Shown here: positions 27,030 to 34,679 of the stretch, one piece after another | Numbering within the stretch: the stretch's first letter is position 1 | How the letters are laid out: every line of letters begins with the position of its first letter | Translations under genes and position numbers: made by a program | DNA from: an uncultured Bacteroidota bacterium | GTDB lineage: Bacteria > Bacteroidota > Bacteroidia > UBA4408 | NCBI GenBank assembly: GCA_903842515.1 | Contig: CAIMMJ010000127.1 | Span: 1-34,679 of the forward strand | DNA: 34,679 bases | Direction: 5' to 3' | The notes under the pieces: model-generated | What the model saw: only the letters and a program-made list of their open reading frames with translations | Database searches by the model: none | Told to the model about the DNA's origin: nothing

Positions 27030-28397
27030 CTACCCAAAAATCTCGCCCAGCACCGCAGTAATATCTCTGGCAGGTATAATTGATAGTCCGTCTGCAATAA
27101 AATCGGCTTTGAATTGTGGTGCAGGAATAACAATTTTGGTGAATCCCATTTTATAAGCTTCCTTAATTCTTTGTTCTAACCCTAAAACACCCCTAATTTC
27201 TCCTCCTAAGCCCACTTCTCCAAATAGGCAGTATGATTTGTCAACCGCCACGTCTTCGTTGCTGGAGAGGACAGAAATGGCAACGGCCAAATCTATGGCG
27301 GGGTCGTTTATTCTAAATCCTCCGGTAATGTTCATAAAAACATCTTTTTGGCCCAACTTAAAGCCACATTTTTTTTCTAAAACAGCCAACAATAAATTCA
27401 ATCGTTTTGCATCAAAACCATTGGCTACTCTCTGCGGCATTCCATAAACCGCCGAGCTAACAAGGGCTTGAACTTCCAACAAAAAAGCTCTATTGCCTTC
27501 CAAAACGGTTGTAATTACACTTCCACTTAAATTATTGTTTTGCTCAAATCCCGACAGAAAAAATGTACCGGGTTTTTGCACTTCGTTCAATCCATCGGGT
27601 TTCATTTCAAAAACACCAATTTCAAACGAATTCCCAAATCTGTTTTTTAAGGTTCTCACAAGTCTATACAGGTGATTTCTATCTCCTTCAAACTGCAAAA
27701 CGGTGTCCACTAAATGCTCCAAAACTTTTGGCCCTGCTATGTTTCCTTCTTTATTGATGTGTCCTATTAAAAACAGTGGAATATTTCTTCCCTTGCAAAA
27801 TTCAATCAATTTGTAGGAGCATTCCCTTACTTGCGAAACCGAGCCCGGAGAAGATTCTATTTCTGGATTAAATAATGTTTGAATGGAATCAATTACCATT
27901 AAATCGTATGGATTTTTACTGGCTTGTTCAATAATTGAATTCAAATTAGATTCGCTGTAGATGTATAATCCCGAATTGTCGGAATATTCTTTAAGCCTGT
28001 TAGCTCTTAGTTTAATTTGTTCTTCGCTTTCTTCGCCCGAAACGTACAAAACATTTTTTCCCTGATAAGCCATCGCCGCTTGCAATAGGAGAGTAGATTT
28101 CCCTATGCCGGGCTCACCTCCAATAAGAACGGCGCTTCCTGCAACTACTCCACCACCTAACACCCTGTCTAATTCCGACATTCCGGTAGAAGTGCGGGTA
28201 CTATTTTTGCTTTCTATTTGAGAGAGCAACACAGGGTTTTTTTTGTTAGTATCGGCAATGGTTTTTAGGCCACTGCTTTTAGTTTTTACTTCTTCTACAA
28301 AGCTATTCCACGAACCACATGAGCTGCATTTTCCCAACCATTTGGCGGAGTTAAAGCCGCAACTCTGACACACAAATACCGAGCTGTTTTTTGACAT
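27030..28397 (-). CDS. radA: DNA repair protein RadA/Sms
   Basis: CQSCG...KWLGKCSSC zinc finger, GGEPGIGKSTLL, IDSIQT, KNRFG, Lon-like C-terminus. Confidence 0.97.
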   Translation of the reverse strand: MSKNSSVFVCQSCGFNSAKWLGKCSSCGSWNSFVEEVKTKSSGLKTIADTNKKNPVLLSQIESKNSTRTSTGMSELDRVLGGGVVAGSAVLIGGEPGIGKSTLLLQAAMAYQGKNVLYVSGEESEEQIKLRANRLKEYSDNSGLYIYSESNLNSIIEQASKNPYDLMVIDSIQTLFNPEIESSPGSVSQVRECSYKLIEFCKGRNIPLFLIGHINKEGNIAGPKVLEHLVDTVLQFEGDRNHLYRLVRTLKNRFGNSFEIGVFEMKPDGLNEVQKPGTFFLSGFEQNNNLSGSVITTVLEGNRAFLLEVQALVSSAVYGMPQRVANGFDAKRLNLLLAVLEKKCGFKLGQKDVFMNITGGFRINDPAIDLAVAISVLSSNEDVAVDKSYCLFGEVGLGGEIRGVLGLEQRIKEAYKMGFTKIVIPAPQFKADFIADGLSIIPARDITAVLGEIFG

Positions 28398-28398
28398 T

Positions 28399-28887
28399 CT
28401 ATTTTCCTGTTATTTTATGGATGATTTTTGAACTAGAATAACCTTCTACAAAAGGAATCAATACTAATTTACCGCCGTAGCTTTCTACAAAATCTTTTCC
28501 AATTACTTGAGAAGGAGAGTAGTCGGCCCCTTTTACTAATATACTAGGTTTGGTTTTTTGGATGAGGGAGAGGGGAGTGGCTTCATTAAAAAATGTAACT
28601 GCACTTACAAATTCTAAAGCAGCCAATAAAAAAGCTCTATCTTCTTGGTTGTTTATGGGGCGATTATCACCTTTATTTAGGAGTTTTACAGACGAATCGG
28701 TGTTTATAGCAACAACAAGTTTATTACCTAGTTGTGCAGCATCGTATAAATATTGAACATGACCGCGGTGCAAAATATCAAAGCATCCATTGGTAATAAC
28801 AATAGAAAGACCTTGGCTTTTCCATTCCTCAATTTGAGAAACTAAACCAAGTGTTTCGTTAAAAATTTTACGTTGTGGTGATTGCAT
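28399..28887 (-). CDS. rfaE2: D-glycero-beta-D-manno-heptose 1-phosphate adenylyltransferase (RfaE domain II)
   Basis: TNGCFDILHRGH, NTDSSVK..KGDNRPIN, LVKGADY, GYSSS. Confidence 0.9.
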   Translation of the reverse strand: MQSPQRKIFNETLGLVSQIEEWKSQGLSIVITNGCFDILHRGHVQYLYDAAQLGNKLVVAINTDSSVKLLNKGDNRPINNQEDRAFLLAALEFVSAVTFFNEATPLSLIQKTKPSILVKGADYSPSQVIGKDFVESYGGKLVLIPFVEGYSSSKIIHKITGK

Positions 28888-29081
28888 TTTGCTTTTATCG
28901 CTGCTAAGTTAGGGCTTAATTTTTTATACCAAATAGAATTCTAAATTAGACCTATTTAACACCATCTTTTTGCTGTGGCAATAAATTACAACCAACATGG
29001 AGCAGCCAATAATACCAAGTGCTTTTATGTTGTATAATTTACACAACAAAAGTAAATAAGCTGTAAAAATCTTTCTTAATC

Positions 29082-29112
29082 AAAAAAAGCGATAACCTCT
29101 TACCGCTTTTTT
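29082..29112 (-). terminator. Intrinsic terminator after clpX
   Basis: Minus strand AAAAAAGCGGTAA-GAGG-TTATCGCTTTTTTT, 17 bp after the clpX stop. Confidence 0.85.
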
Positions 29113-29129
29113 AAAAACATCATTTTAAT

Positions 29130-30374
29130 TTACGCTGCTTTAAGTTTACTCAGAGAGGCTTTTTTCATTTTCTCTAAGGCATAAGGCAGGGTAATTTTTA
29201 TTGCTTTTTCTTTGCTTTCTGGCAATTCAAACATGGCATCTGTGAGAATGGCTTCACAAATAGAACGCAAACCTCTTGCACCCAATTTAAACTCTAAGGC
29301 TTTTTGTATAATCAAATCTAAAACTTCTTTGTCAAAACTAAGTTCTATTCCATCCAATTCAAAAATACGGATGTATTGTTTTATCAAAGCGTTTTTTGGC
29401 TCTGTTAGAATTCTTCTTAGTGCTTTTTCATCCAATGGATTGAGGTAGGTTAGAACGGGTAAACGGCCAATTAATTCCGGTATTAAACCAAAGCTTTTTA
29501 AATCGGGCGGAGCAATGTATTGCAAAGGGTTGTCCTTGTCAAAATCTTCTCGTTTTTCGGTGCTGTAGCCTACGGTGTTTGAACCAAGGCGTTGAGCAAT
29601 TTTTTTACCTATTCCGTCAAAAGCTCCTCCGCAAATAAATAAAATGTTGTTGGTATCCACCTGTACCATTTTAGCTTCGGGGTGTTTTCTTCCTCCTTGC
29701 GGCGGAACGTTTACTACTGTTCCTTCTAAAATTTTAAGTAAGGCCTGTTGAACACCTTCGCCCGAAACGTCTCTGGTGATAGAAGGATTATCGCTCTTGC
29801 GGGCAATTTTATCTATTTCATCAATAAACACAATTCCTTTGGCAGCAGCAGCAGCGTCATAATCTGCGGCCTGCAACAAGCGAGATAAAATACCTTCTAC
29901 ATCCTCGCCAACGTATCCGGCTTCGGTAAGCACAGTGGCATCTGTTATACAAAATGGTACATTTAATATTTTAGCGATAGTTTTTGCCAAAAGGGTTTTT
30001 CCGGTTCCAGTTTCACCCACCATAATGATGTTTGATTTTTCTATCTCTGCGTCTTCGGGTTTTTTATTTCCTTTTTCGTTTTCTATTAATCTTTTGTAAT
30101 GATTGTAAACCGCTACGCACAATGTTTTTTTTGCATCGTCCTGTCCAATAACGTATTCATCTAAATGTTCTTTTATTGCCATTGGCTTGAGCAATTTTAT
30201 AGAAGTAGAGGCAAAAGGTTTTACTCCTTTTGTTTGTCCTATTTCTTCTTTAATTATAGCTCCGGCTTGGTCTATACAAAAGTTGCAAATATGGCCATCA
30301 ATACCTGCTATAAGAATAGAAACTTCTTTTCTTTCTCTCCCGCAAAAAGAACACTTTGAACCGGCTTTACTCAT
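29130..30374 (-). CDS. clpX: ATP-dependent Clp protease ATP-binding subunit ClpX
   Basis: CSFCG zinc-binding domain, [40 protein letters not shown]. Confidence 0.98.
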   Translation of the reverse strand: MSKAGSKCSFCGRERKEVSILIAGIDGHICNFCIDQAGAIIKEEIGQTKGVKPFASTSIKLLKPMAIKEHLDEYVIGQDDAKKTLCVAVYNHYKRLIENEKGNKKPEDAEIEKSNIIMVGETGTGKTLLAKTIAKILNVPFCITDATVLTEAGYVGEDVEGILSRLLQAADYDAAAAAKGIVFIDEIDKIARKSDNPSITRDVSGEGVQQALLKILEGTVVNVPPQGGRKHPEAKMVQVDTNNILFICGGAFDGIGKKIAQRLGSNTVGYSTEKREDFDKDNPLQYIAPPDLKSFGLIPELIGRLPVLTYLNPLDEKALRRILTEPKNALIKQYIRIFELDGIELSFDKEVLDLIIQKALEFKLGARGLRSICEAILTDAMFELPESKEKAIKITLPYALEKMKKASLSKLKAA

Positions 30375-30479
30375 TTTTTATTTGTTGTTATTTTATAAAA
30401 ATAGATCTACAATTTTAATCATTTTCTCTCTCCACCAAAGCGGAAATTGGAATAATGGGTTTAAAATTGTTCTAAGATT

Positions 30480-31154
30480 TTACCTGCTTTTTAAAAGAAT
30501 TTCGTCTACCATACCGTAGTCTCTTGCTTCTTCAGAAGTCATCCAGTAATCTCGATCGCTATCTGACCATACTTTCTCGTAGGTTTGTCCGCTATGGAAA
30601 GCAATAATATCGTACAATTCTTTCTTTAGTTTTTGAATTTCACGGGCGGTAATTTCAATGTCCGAAGCTTGTCCTTGTGCACCACCTAATGGTTGGTGAA
30701 TCATTACTCTGGCGTGTTTTAGCGCAGAACGTTTTCCTTTTGCTCCTGCACACATCAACACCGCACCCATACTTGCAGCCATTCCTGTGCAAATAGTAGC
30801 CACATCTGGCTCTATGTATTGCATGGTATCGTAAATACCTAATCCAGCATAAACAGAACCACCTGGAGAGTTTAAGTAAATTTGAATGTCTTTTTTAGCG
30901 TCCGTAGATTGCAAAAAAAGCAACTGAGCCTGCACAATGTTGGCAACTTGATCGTCGATGCCGGTTCCTAAAAAAATAATTCTATCCATCATCAACCTAG
31001 AAAAAACGTCCATCTGTGAAACGTTAAGTTGTCTTTCCTCCAAAATATAAGGAGTAAGTGATGTTATTTGGTGTTTGTGATAGCTGTCTAGCGTATTGCC
31101 ACTAAGGCCTTTGCCTTGCACAGCAAATTTTCTGAATTCGTTGTAGTTTTGCAT
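30480..31154 (-). CDS. clpP: ATP-dependent Clp protease proteolytic subunit
   Basis: DVFSRLMMDRIIFL, YLNSPGGSV, GMAASMG, MIHQP, DRDYWM. Confidence 0.98.
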   Translation of the reverse strand: MQNYNEFRKFAVQGKGLSGNTLDSYHKHQITSLTPYILEERQLNVSQMDVFSRLMMDRIIFLGTGIDDQVANIVQAQLLFLQSTDAKKDIQIYLNSPGGSVYAGLGIYDTMQYIEPDVATICTGMAASMGAVLMCAGAKGKRSALKHARVMIHQPLGGAQGQASDIEITAREIQKLKKELYDIIAFHSGQTYEKVWSDSDRDYWMTSEEARDYGMVDEILLKSR

Positions 31155-31162
31155 AATTTTTT

Positions 31163-32506
31163 TTAGTTGGTTTGATAAAAATCTTTTTCTGGAACGTTCA
31201 CTTCTTTTAGATTAAATTTAGATTTGTAAAATTCCATGAGTTTGTTGTCGTATAACTGTTGGTAAATGTTTTGAGCTTGTTCAGGATTTTGTAAAATATT
31301 ACTAAGTGTGGCTTCCATTTTTTCGTCTTCCATTTCAAAGTTATTAAATCCAGCAAACTGTTTGCCTAAAATTTCTTTTAAATGGTCTTTTGCTTCTTCA
31401 GGAGTAACATTTATAGCATTTTCTAAAATTAATTTATTCTCTATCAATTGCCACCTTAAACCGGCAACATATCTATCGAAATCTGCTTCTAACTGCTCTA
31501 AAGTTAGAGGCTTTTCGTTAACTGCCATTATCCAACGTTTTAAAAACTCCGTGGGCAAAGTCAAGTTTGTTTTTTCTATTAATCGTTTTTGAATGTCGTT
31601 TTTTAACATTCTGTTAGAATCGGCCTCGAACATTTGCGACAATTCTTCGCGAATTTTATTTTTAAATTCTTCTAATGTAGTAACCTGTGAGCCGTAAACT
31701 TTTTCGAACAATTGTTCATTGTATTCTGCTGCAACCATTTTGCTGATGGCAGTAATTTTTGCTTGAAACTTTTTGGAGATGGAATCTACTTGAGAAGTTT
31801 CTATGCCAAGCATTGCAGCTAAATCGCTGGCATTGGTGCTAACATCAGCAGGATTAATTTCAAAGGTTTCGTCTAATTTTTTTCCGACAAAAGCGTCTTT
31901 TCCGTTTTGATTTGTGAGTCTTTCTAATGAAACGGGAGAGTTTTTAAAAATTCCACCTGCCACAATAGAGCCGTCTTCTGCAAGTTCAACAAAATCGGCA
32001 TACACCAGGCACTCTTCGTCGGCATACTCTGGATACTCTAGTTTGCCGTATCTTTTAGCAATATTGTTGGCGTAGGTTTCTATGGTAGCATCGTCTACCA
32101 TAACTTTTTTAATATTAAATTCTTCGCCGCTAAAGTCGAGGGTAAATTTAGGAGCAAAAGCAATGTCGAACTTAAATTCAAATGTTTTGTCGTTGTCCCA
32201 GTCTACTCGCTTGTTTTTGTCTTGAACTGATGGCAAAGCATTGCCAATAAGTTCTAACTTATTTTCTTTGATGTATCCGTCTACTTTTTCTTGAAGTAAC
32301 TTATTTACTTCGTCAACTAAAACGGCTTTTCCATGCATTTTTTGGATAAGGCTCATCGGAACCATTCCGGCACGAAAGCCGGGCAAGCTTACTTTTTTAG
32401 AATAGTCTTTAAGAGACTTTTTAACTTTTTCTTGGTAATCTTCTGGGTCAAGCGTAACGGTAAGTACGGCATTTAAATCGTCTATTTGTTCTTGAATAAC
32501 ATTCAT
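31163..32506 (-). CDS. tig: Trigger factor
   Basis: LPGFRAGMVP ribosome-binding signature, 447 aa, canonical tig-clpP-clpX order. Confidence 0.95.
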   Translation of the reverse strand: MNVIQEQIDDLNAVLTVTLDPEDYQEKVKKSLKDYSKKVSLPGFRAGMVPMSLIQKMHGKAVLVDEVNKLLQEKVDGYIKENKLELIGNALPSVQDKNKRVDWDNDKTFEFKFDIAFAPKFTLDFSGEEFNIKKVMVDDATIETYANNIAKRYGKLEYPEYADEECLVYADFVELAEDGSIVAGGIFKNSPVSLERLTNQNGKDAFVGKKLDETFEINPADVSTNASDLAAMLGIETSQVDSISKKFQAKITAISKMVAAEYNEQLFEKVYGSQVTTLEEFKNKIREELSQMFEADSNRMLKNDIQKRLIEKTNLTLPTEFLKRWIMAVNEKPLTLEQLEADFDRYVAGLRWQLIENKLILENAINVTPEEAKDHLKEILGKQFAGFNNFEMEDEKMEATLSNILQNPEQAQNIYQQLYDNKLMEFYKSKFNLKEVNVPEKDFYQTN

Positions 32507-32528
32507 TGTTTAGTATAAAAAAATCGTG

Positions 32529-32536
32529 CAAATGTA
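32529..32536 (-). promoter_or_regulatory. -7 promoter element of tig-clpP-clpX
   Basis: TACATTTG on the minus strand, 22 bp before the tig ATG. Confidence 0.65.
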
Positions 32537-32705
32537 TTAAAAAATTATGGGATGAGAAGTGTTAAATAAAAAGAAGAAGAGCAAGAAAAGTAGTGGAATA
32601 ATAATTAAAATCTTGTGTGTTAAATTTATAATTTTTGAGAAGAGACCAGATAATTTATAGGTATGGAGGATATTAAGGTAAAGATAAAAAGGAATTAATT
32701 TTTAT

Positions 32706-32713
32706 TACATTTG
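32706..32713 (+). promoter_or_regulatory. -7 promoter element of the T9SS cargo gene
   Basis: TACATTTG, 116 bp before ATG 32830. Confidence 0.5.
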
Positions 32714-32829
32714 CTATAACTAAAGAAAATGTAGCAATTTTGCTAGTAGTAAAAAATAGATGTACAAACATTGTTCCAATGATATTGTTAGTATTTCATA
32801 AACCTAATTAACAACACTAAAAAGCTGGT

Positions 32830-34122
32830 ATGAAAAAAATAATTACTTCACTGTTAGTCATTGCAGGATTTTCTGCTTATGCACAAAACAACAATACCAT
32901 CTTTGGAATTGTAAGGCAAAACTACTATACCTATACTTTTAATCCAGTAGACTCAAGTATAATTAGTCAGCAATTTGATTCCTCTGCTTTGCGTTTGGGA
33001 ACAATAAATCCAACCACTGGATATGTATCTAACCAAGGCAGTTTTGCGTTTAGCGAATCAATTAATTTAACAGGAGCATCTTTAAATCCCTACGAAAATT
33101 CTTTTGTTTTTATTGGTGCAAATAATATCAATACATTAAACTTAACAGATGGCACATTAACCGCAAGTTCAGGCTTAAGCAATCCAAACGGTCAAGGCTA
33201 TTTCGATAATTTTAGGTTCAATAATGCCGATAGTATTATGTATGGTTTATCAAGAAGAAATTACACAAATCCAAATACAGGCCAAGTGACCGGAGCAGTA
33301 TATTTAGCCAAAGCAAATACAACAACAGGTGTTATAACAGAAATTTCTACAAGCCCTGTTGCACAAAGTTTTGCCTTGGCCGGTAGCGTTGTTGACCCAC
33401 ATCAAATGGTGTATTATTTTTCTACTGGAAGTAATCTTATAGGTATTGATATTTATGATGGAAGTATTTTTAGTAATGTTCCTTTTATTAATCCCAATGG
33501 AATTGCATTTGACAATTTTACTTACAGTTGTGCAGATACTAGTATTTATGGTTTGATACGGCAAAATTATTTTTCGGCAAATCAACAATTCGATTCAAGC
33601 ACCATTAAACTGGGTAAAATAAATCCCAATACTGGTTTAGTAACAGAAGTCTCTCCATATTCTATTTTCAGTGGAGGTTATTCTCTAAATGCAGGCTCAA
33701 CTATAGATCCAGATGGTATGATTTACTACTTTGGAAATGGTGAGGCAATTATTGGCGTTTCATTAATTACAGGTTTGGTGGTGAGCAACCAAAGCTATTC
33801 TTTTGAAAATGGAATGTATTTTGATTTAATGAGGAACAACCAAAATTGTATTACTGCTAGAGCAGATAGATTTGCTAATTTTGCAACCACTAACGCTGTT
33901 AAAAACGAGGCTGAAAATTTTAGTGTTTATCCTAACCCAAGCACCGGTGTGTTTACATTTAAGGACACCAAAAACTTAAACTCAATGGAGGTGTATAGTA
34001 TTTTGGGAGAGAAAATTTTGAGTCAGACGAACCAGAAAACAATAAACTTAAACGGATTTAGCAAAGGGGTTTATTTTGCGAGGGTAAATGGTGGTGTGGT
34101 GTTGAAATTGGTGAAGGAATAA
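32830..34122 (+). CDS. T9SS type A sorting domain protein with internal repeats (probable beta-propeller)
   Basis: Signal peptide; three repeats starting IFGIVRQNY / MYGLSRRNY / IYGLIRQNY; CTD VYPNPSTG...KGVYFARV...KLVKE. Confidence 0.88.
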   Translation: MKKIITSLLVIAGFSAYAQNNNTIFGIVRQNYYTYTFNPVDSSIISQQFDSSALRLGTINPTTGYVSNQGSFAFSESINLTGASLNPYENSFVFIGANNINTLNLTDGTLTASSGLSNPNGQGYFDNFRFNNADSIMYGLSRRNYTNPNTGQVTGAVYLAKANTTTGVITEISTSPVAQSFALAGSVVDPHQMVYYFSTGSNLIGIDIYDGSIFSNVPFINPNGIAFDNFTYSCADTSIYGLIRQNYFSANQQFDSSTIKLGKINPNTGLVTEVSPYSIFSGGYSLNAGSTIDPDGMIYYFGNGEAIIGVSLITGLVVSNQSYSFENGMYFDLMRNNQNCITARADRFANFATTNAVKNEAENFSVYPNPSTGVFTFKDTKNLNSMEVYSILGEKILSQTNQKTINLNGFSKGVYFARVNGGVVLKLVKE

Positions 34123-34182
34123 GGTTTAGATGTTGGTTGGTGGCGTCTACTTTAGCGGAGGGCAAGCAAAGGAGTAAATTAC

Positions 34183-34488
34183 CTATTTTTTGCCAATTTC
34201 AATCTTCACTTCTTTCATTTTTGAAAACCGAACACCATAGATAATTACAGAATTTTCTTCAACAACAAAATGCAAAACATATGGAAATTTTTTTACAGTT
34301 CTAACTCTTACATTTTCGTATCTAATTTGATAAAAAGGATTGTTTTTTAATTCTTTAAAGGTTGATTTTAATGCTTCTAAAAATTTTTTACCAAGCAAAA
34401 AATCAATGTTTTTGTAATAATTTATTCCATCTTGAATGTCCTCTATGGCAGAAGGAGCAAGTAAAACAGTGTGTTTTTTAAGAGTCAT
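34183..34488 (-). CDS. Type II TA system RelE/ParE family toxin
   Basis: SAIEDIQDGINYY...LGKKF...LKNNPFYQIRY..VR...KKFPYVLHF...IIYGV pattern; 101 aa. Confidence 0.88.
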   Translation of the reverse strand: MTLKKHTVLLAPSAIEDIQDGINYYKNIDFLLGKKFLEALKSTFKELKNNPFYQIRYENVRVRTVKKFPYVLHFVVEENSVIIYGVRFSKMKEVKIEIGKK

Positions 34489-34491
34489 TAA

Positions 34492-34596
34492 TTATTCTAA
34501 GTTAAAGCCATCAATAACTTCGGACAGTTGTTTTAAATCTTCTTTTTCCTGTTTTGTGCGGCTACTGAAAACCGTGCTCTGAAACCCTTGTAAATA
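34492..34596 (-). pseudogene. Probable 3' remnant of the cognate antitoxin
   Basis: Frame ...SRTKQEKEDLKQLSEVIDGFNLE* ends 3 bp before the toxin ATG. There is no ATG/GTG/TTG between it and an in-frame TAG at 34599-34597. Confidence 0.5.
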
Positions 34597-34679
34597 CTAG
34601 GTTTTCTGTTGCATTTTGGGTGTCCCACTCAATTTTTAGACTGATTTTTTACATTTACAGCAATGTTTGTAAGGTCTAA
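34562..34679 (+). mobile_element. Possible left end of an IS element (IS1634-like), cut by the window end
   Basis: Imperfect palindrome at 34581-34606, -7-like TACATTTA at 34650, and an ORF start at 34663 reading MFVRS(K), similar to the MFVRKKK N-termini I recall for IS1634 transposases. Only 5 codons are visible and the left boundary is approximate. Confidence 0.35.

Noticed and set aside
29021-29053. Second hairpin downstream of the clpX terminator
   Set aside because: AT-rich bulged stem with no other support for a separate element.
2990-33588. Remaining short ORFs nested in or antisense to assigned genes (e.g. 2990-3286, 4666-5139, 8832-9185, 16707-17030, 30187-30519, 33304-33588)
   Set aside because: They are shadow ORFs overlapping confidently identified genes and carry no recognisable motifs.

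Overview
This is an AT-rich (~30-33% GC by eye) Bacteroidota chromosome segment, shown by T9SS C-terminal domains and TAnnTTTG -7 promoters. It is mostly housekeeping genes: hutU (partial), purS, miaE, rocD, trpS, ilvE, tRNA-Cys, rpiB, nadA, mnmG, radA, rfaE2, tig-clpP-clpX. The main non-coding signal is that the window appears to span the replication origin region. A DnaA-box-rich intergenic with an unwinding-element-like end lies just upstream of nadA (14.7-15.3 kb), two perfect parS sites lie downstream of mnmG (26.1-26.3 kb), and intergenic DNA shifts from C-rich to G-rich across the window; dnaA and parAB are not in view. The best candidate for an undescribed system is the tightly packed operon beside this origin candidate: nadA, a secreted MORN-repeat protein, a soluble six-PAS HisKA_2 kinase and a REC-LytTR regulator, converging on an ACMS decarboxylase. 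That remains inference from gene context. Other points: a zeta-like ATPase two-gene cassette, tandem Cys-rich mini-lipoproteins, a structured ilvE leader, a DNA block shared by two T9SS CTD junctions, and a RelE/ParE toxin whose antitoxin seems cut by an IS at the window end. No CRISPR array, rRNA or prophage was seen.
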